This document shows positions 63,098 to 64,000 of a stretch of 64,000 nt of DNA, in pieces (the first letter of the stretch is position 1; the number at the start of each line of letters is the position of its first letter). Where the stretch lies: positions 22,774 through 86,773 of the forward strand of contig CAVSQV010000006.1 of the NCBI GenBank assembly GCA_963730155.1, written 5' to 3'. This stretch comes from an uncultured Acidobacteriota bacterium (GTDB lineage: Bacteria > Acidobacteriota > Thermoanaerobaculia > Multivoradales > JBCCEF01). The position numbers were made by a program, and so were the translations under genes. The notes under the pieces are model-generated. The model was not told the DNA's origin. It saw nothing but the letters and a program-made list of their open reading frames with translations, and searched no databases.

Positions 63098-64000
63098 ATG
63101 CCACGGCCCACCCTCTCCGTCGTCGTCCCGACCCGCGACACCCGCGAGCTGACCCTCGCCTGCCTCGCGAGCCTCGCCGCCGGCAGGGTCGACGGGATCA
63201 AGGGGGTCGCGGGGATCGAGGCGATCGTCGTCGACGAGGCGAGCGGCGACGGCACGGCGGCGGCGGTGGCCGAGCGCTTCCCGTCCGCCCGGCTGCTGAC
63301 CTCCGCCGCCCCGGCCGGTTTCGCCGCCGCCGCCAACCGCGGCCTCGCCGACGCCCGCGGCGAGCTGCTGCTGCTCCTCAACAGCGACACCGAGGTCGAC
63401 CCCGGGGCGCTCGCCGCCCTCGCCGCCGCCTTCGCCGGTGCGCCGCGCCTGGGGATCGCCGGCGCCCGGCTGCGCTACCCCGACGGCACCCCGCAGTGGA
63501 GCGCGGGCCGCGAGCCCGGCGCGGCGCTGCTCTTCGCGCAGGCTAGCGGCCTGCCGCCGTTGCTGGCCCGCGTGCCCGGCTGGCGCCGGCTGCGGCCGCC
63601 GTCCGGCACCGGGGGAAAGGCGGGTGCCCCGCTCCACCCCGCCGACTGGGTGACCGGCGCCGCCCTGGCGCTGCGCCGCGAGGTCTGGGAGCGCTGCGGC
63701 CCGCTCGACGAGGGCTACCGCTTCTACGGCCAGGACCTCGACCTCTGCCTCGCCGCGCGCGACGCCGGCTGGGAGGTCGGGGTGGTCACCGGCTTCACCG
63801 TCCTCCACCATCACGGCGCCACGGTCGGCGGGCGCCAGCGCCTCGACCTGCTCTGGCCGGACCTGGTGCGCTGGGCCGGCAAGCGCCGGGGACCGGCCGG
63901 CGCACGGCGCGCGGCGCGGGCGATCGCGCTGGGCGCCCGCCTGCGCCTCTTCGCCCGCACCGCCGCCGTGCCGTTCGTGCCGTGGCACCGGCGCGACGAC
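63098..64000 (+). CDS. GT2 family glycosyltransferase (WbbL-like), runs off the window and is absent from the ORF track
   Basis: Translated by hand: MPRPTLSVVVPTRDTRELTLACLASL..VVDEASGDGT..GFAAAANRG..LLLNSDT..WVTGAA..YGQDLDLC. Confidence 0.88.
   Translation, partial: MPRPTLSVVVPTRDTRELTLACLASLAAGRVDGIKGVAGIEAIVVDEASGDGTAAAVAERFPSARLLTSAAPAGFAAAANRGLADARGELLLLLNSDTEVDPGALAALAAAFAGAPRLGIAGARLRYPDGTPQWSAGREPGAALLFAQASGLPPLLARVPGWRRLRPPSGTGGKAGAPLHPADWVTGAALALRREVWERCGPLDEGYRFYGQDLDLCLAARDAGWEVGVVTGFTVLHHHGATVGGRQRLDLLWPDLVRWAGKRRGPAGARRAARAIALGARLRLFARTAAVPFVPWHRRDD

Overview
High-GC (roughly 70-75% by eye) bacterial chromosomal segment. Gene content (fused LptF-LptG, ZAS-TPR protein, clustered sulfatase-like lipoproteins) suggests Acidobacteriota, probably Thermoanaerobaculia; this is inference. 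Order: ptsI end, lipoprotein, miaB, DUF151 nuclease, parA, parB, dif-like site between two inverted MITE-like repeats, lptFG, ndh, a lower-GC ECF sigma/ZAS-TPR/secreted-peptide cassette, metK, yjjX, trmH, ald, bactofilin, tRNA-Gly, peptidases, large histidine kinase, hutU, degenerate FHA-bEBP, hemE, acyl-CoA dehydrogenase, three-MFP/MacB exporter, and a ~23 kb surface-glycan region. Two candidate undescribed systems stand out. (1) A non-canonical ParABS (ParA, ParB with an altered recognition helix, two TGTCGGCGCGCCGACA palindromes) sits about 300 bp from a strong dif match, so apparently at the replication terminus rather than the origin. (2) A cassette of two paralogous ECF sigma factors, a soluble zinc anti-sigma-TPR protein and a small secreted pro-peptide ending in GPGTDPNG resembles a peptide-controlled sigma switch. 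Many genes at ~16-21 kb and ~30-37.6 kb are broken by small indels, most likely assembly errors.
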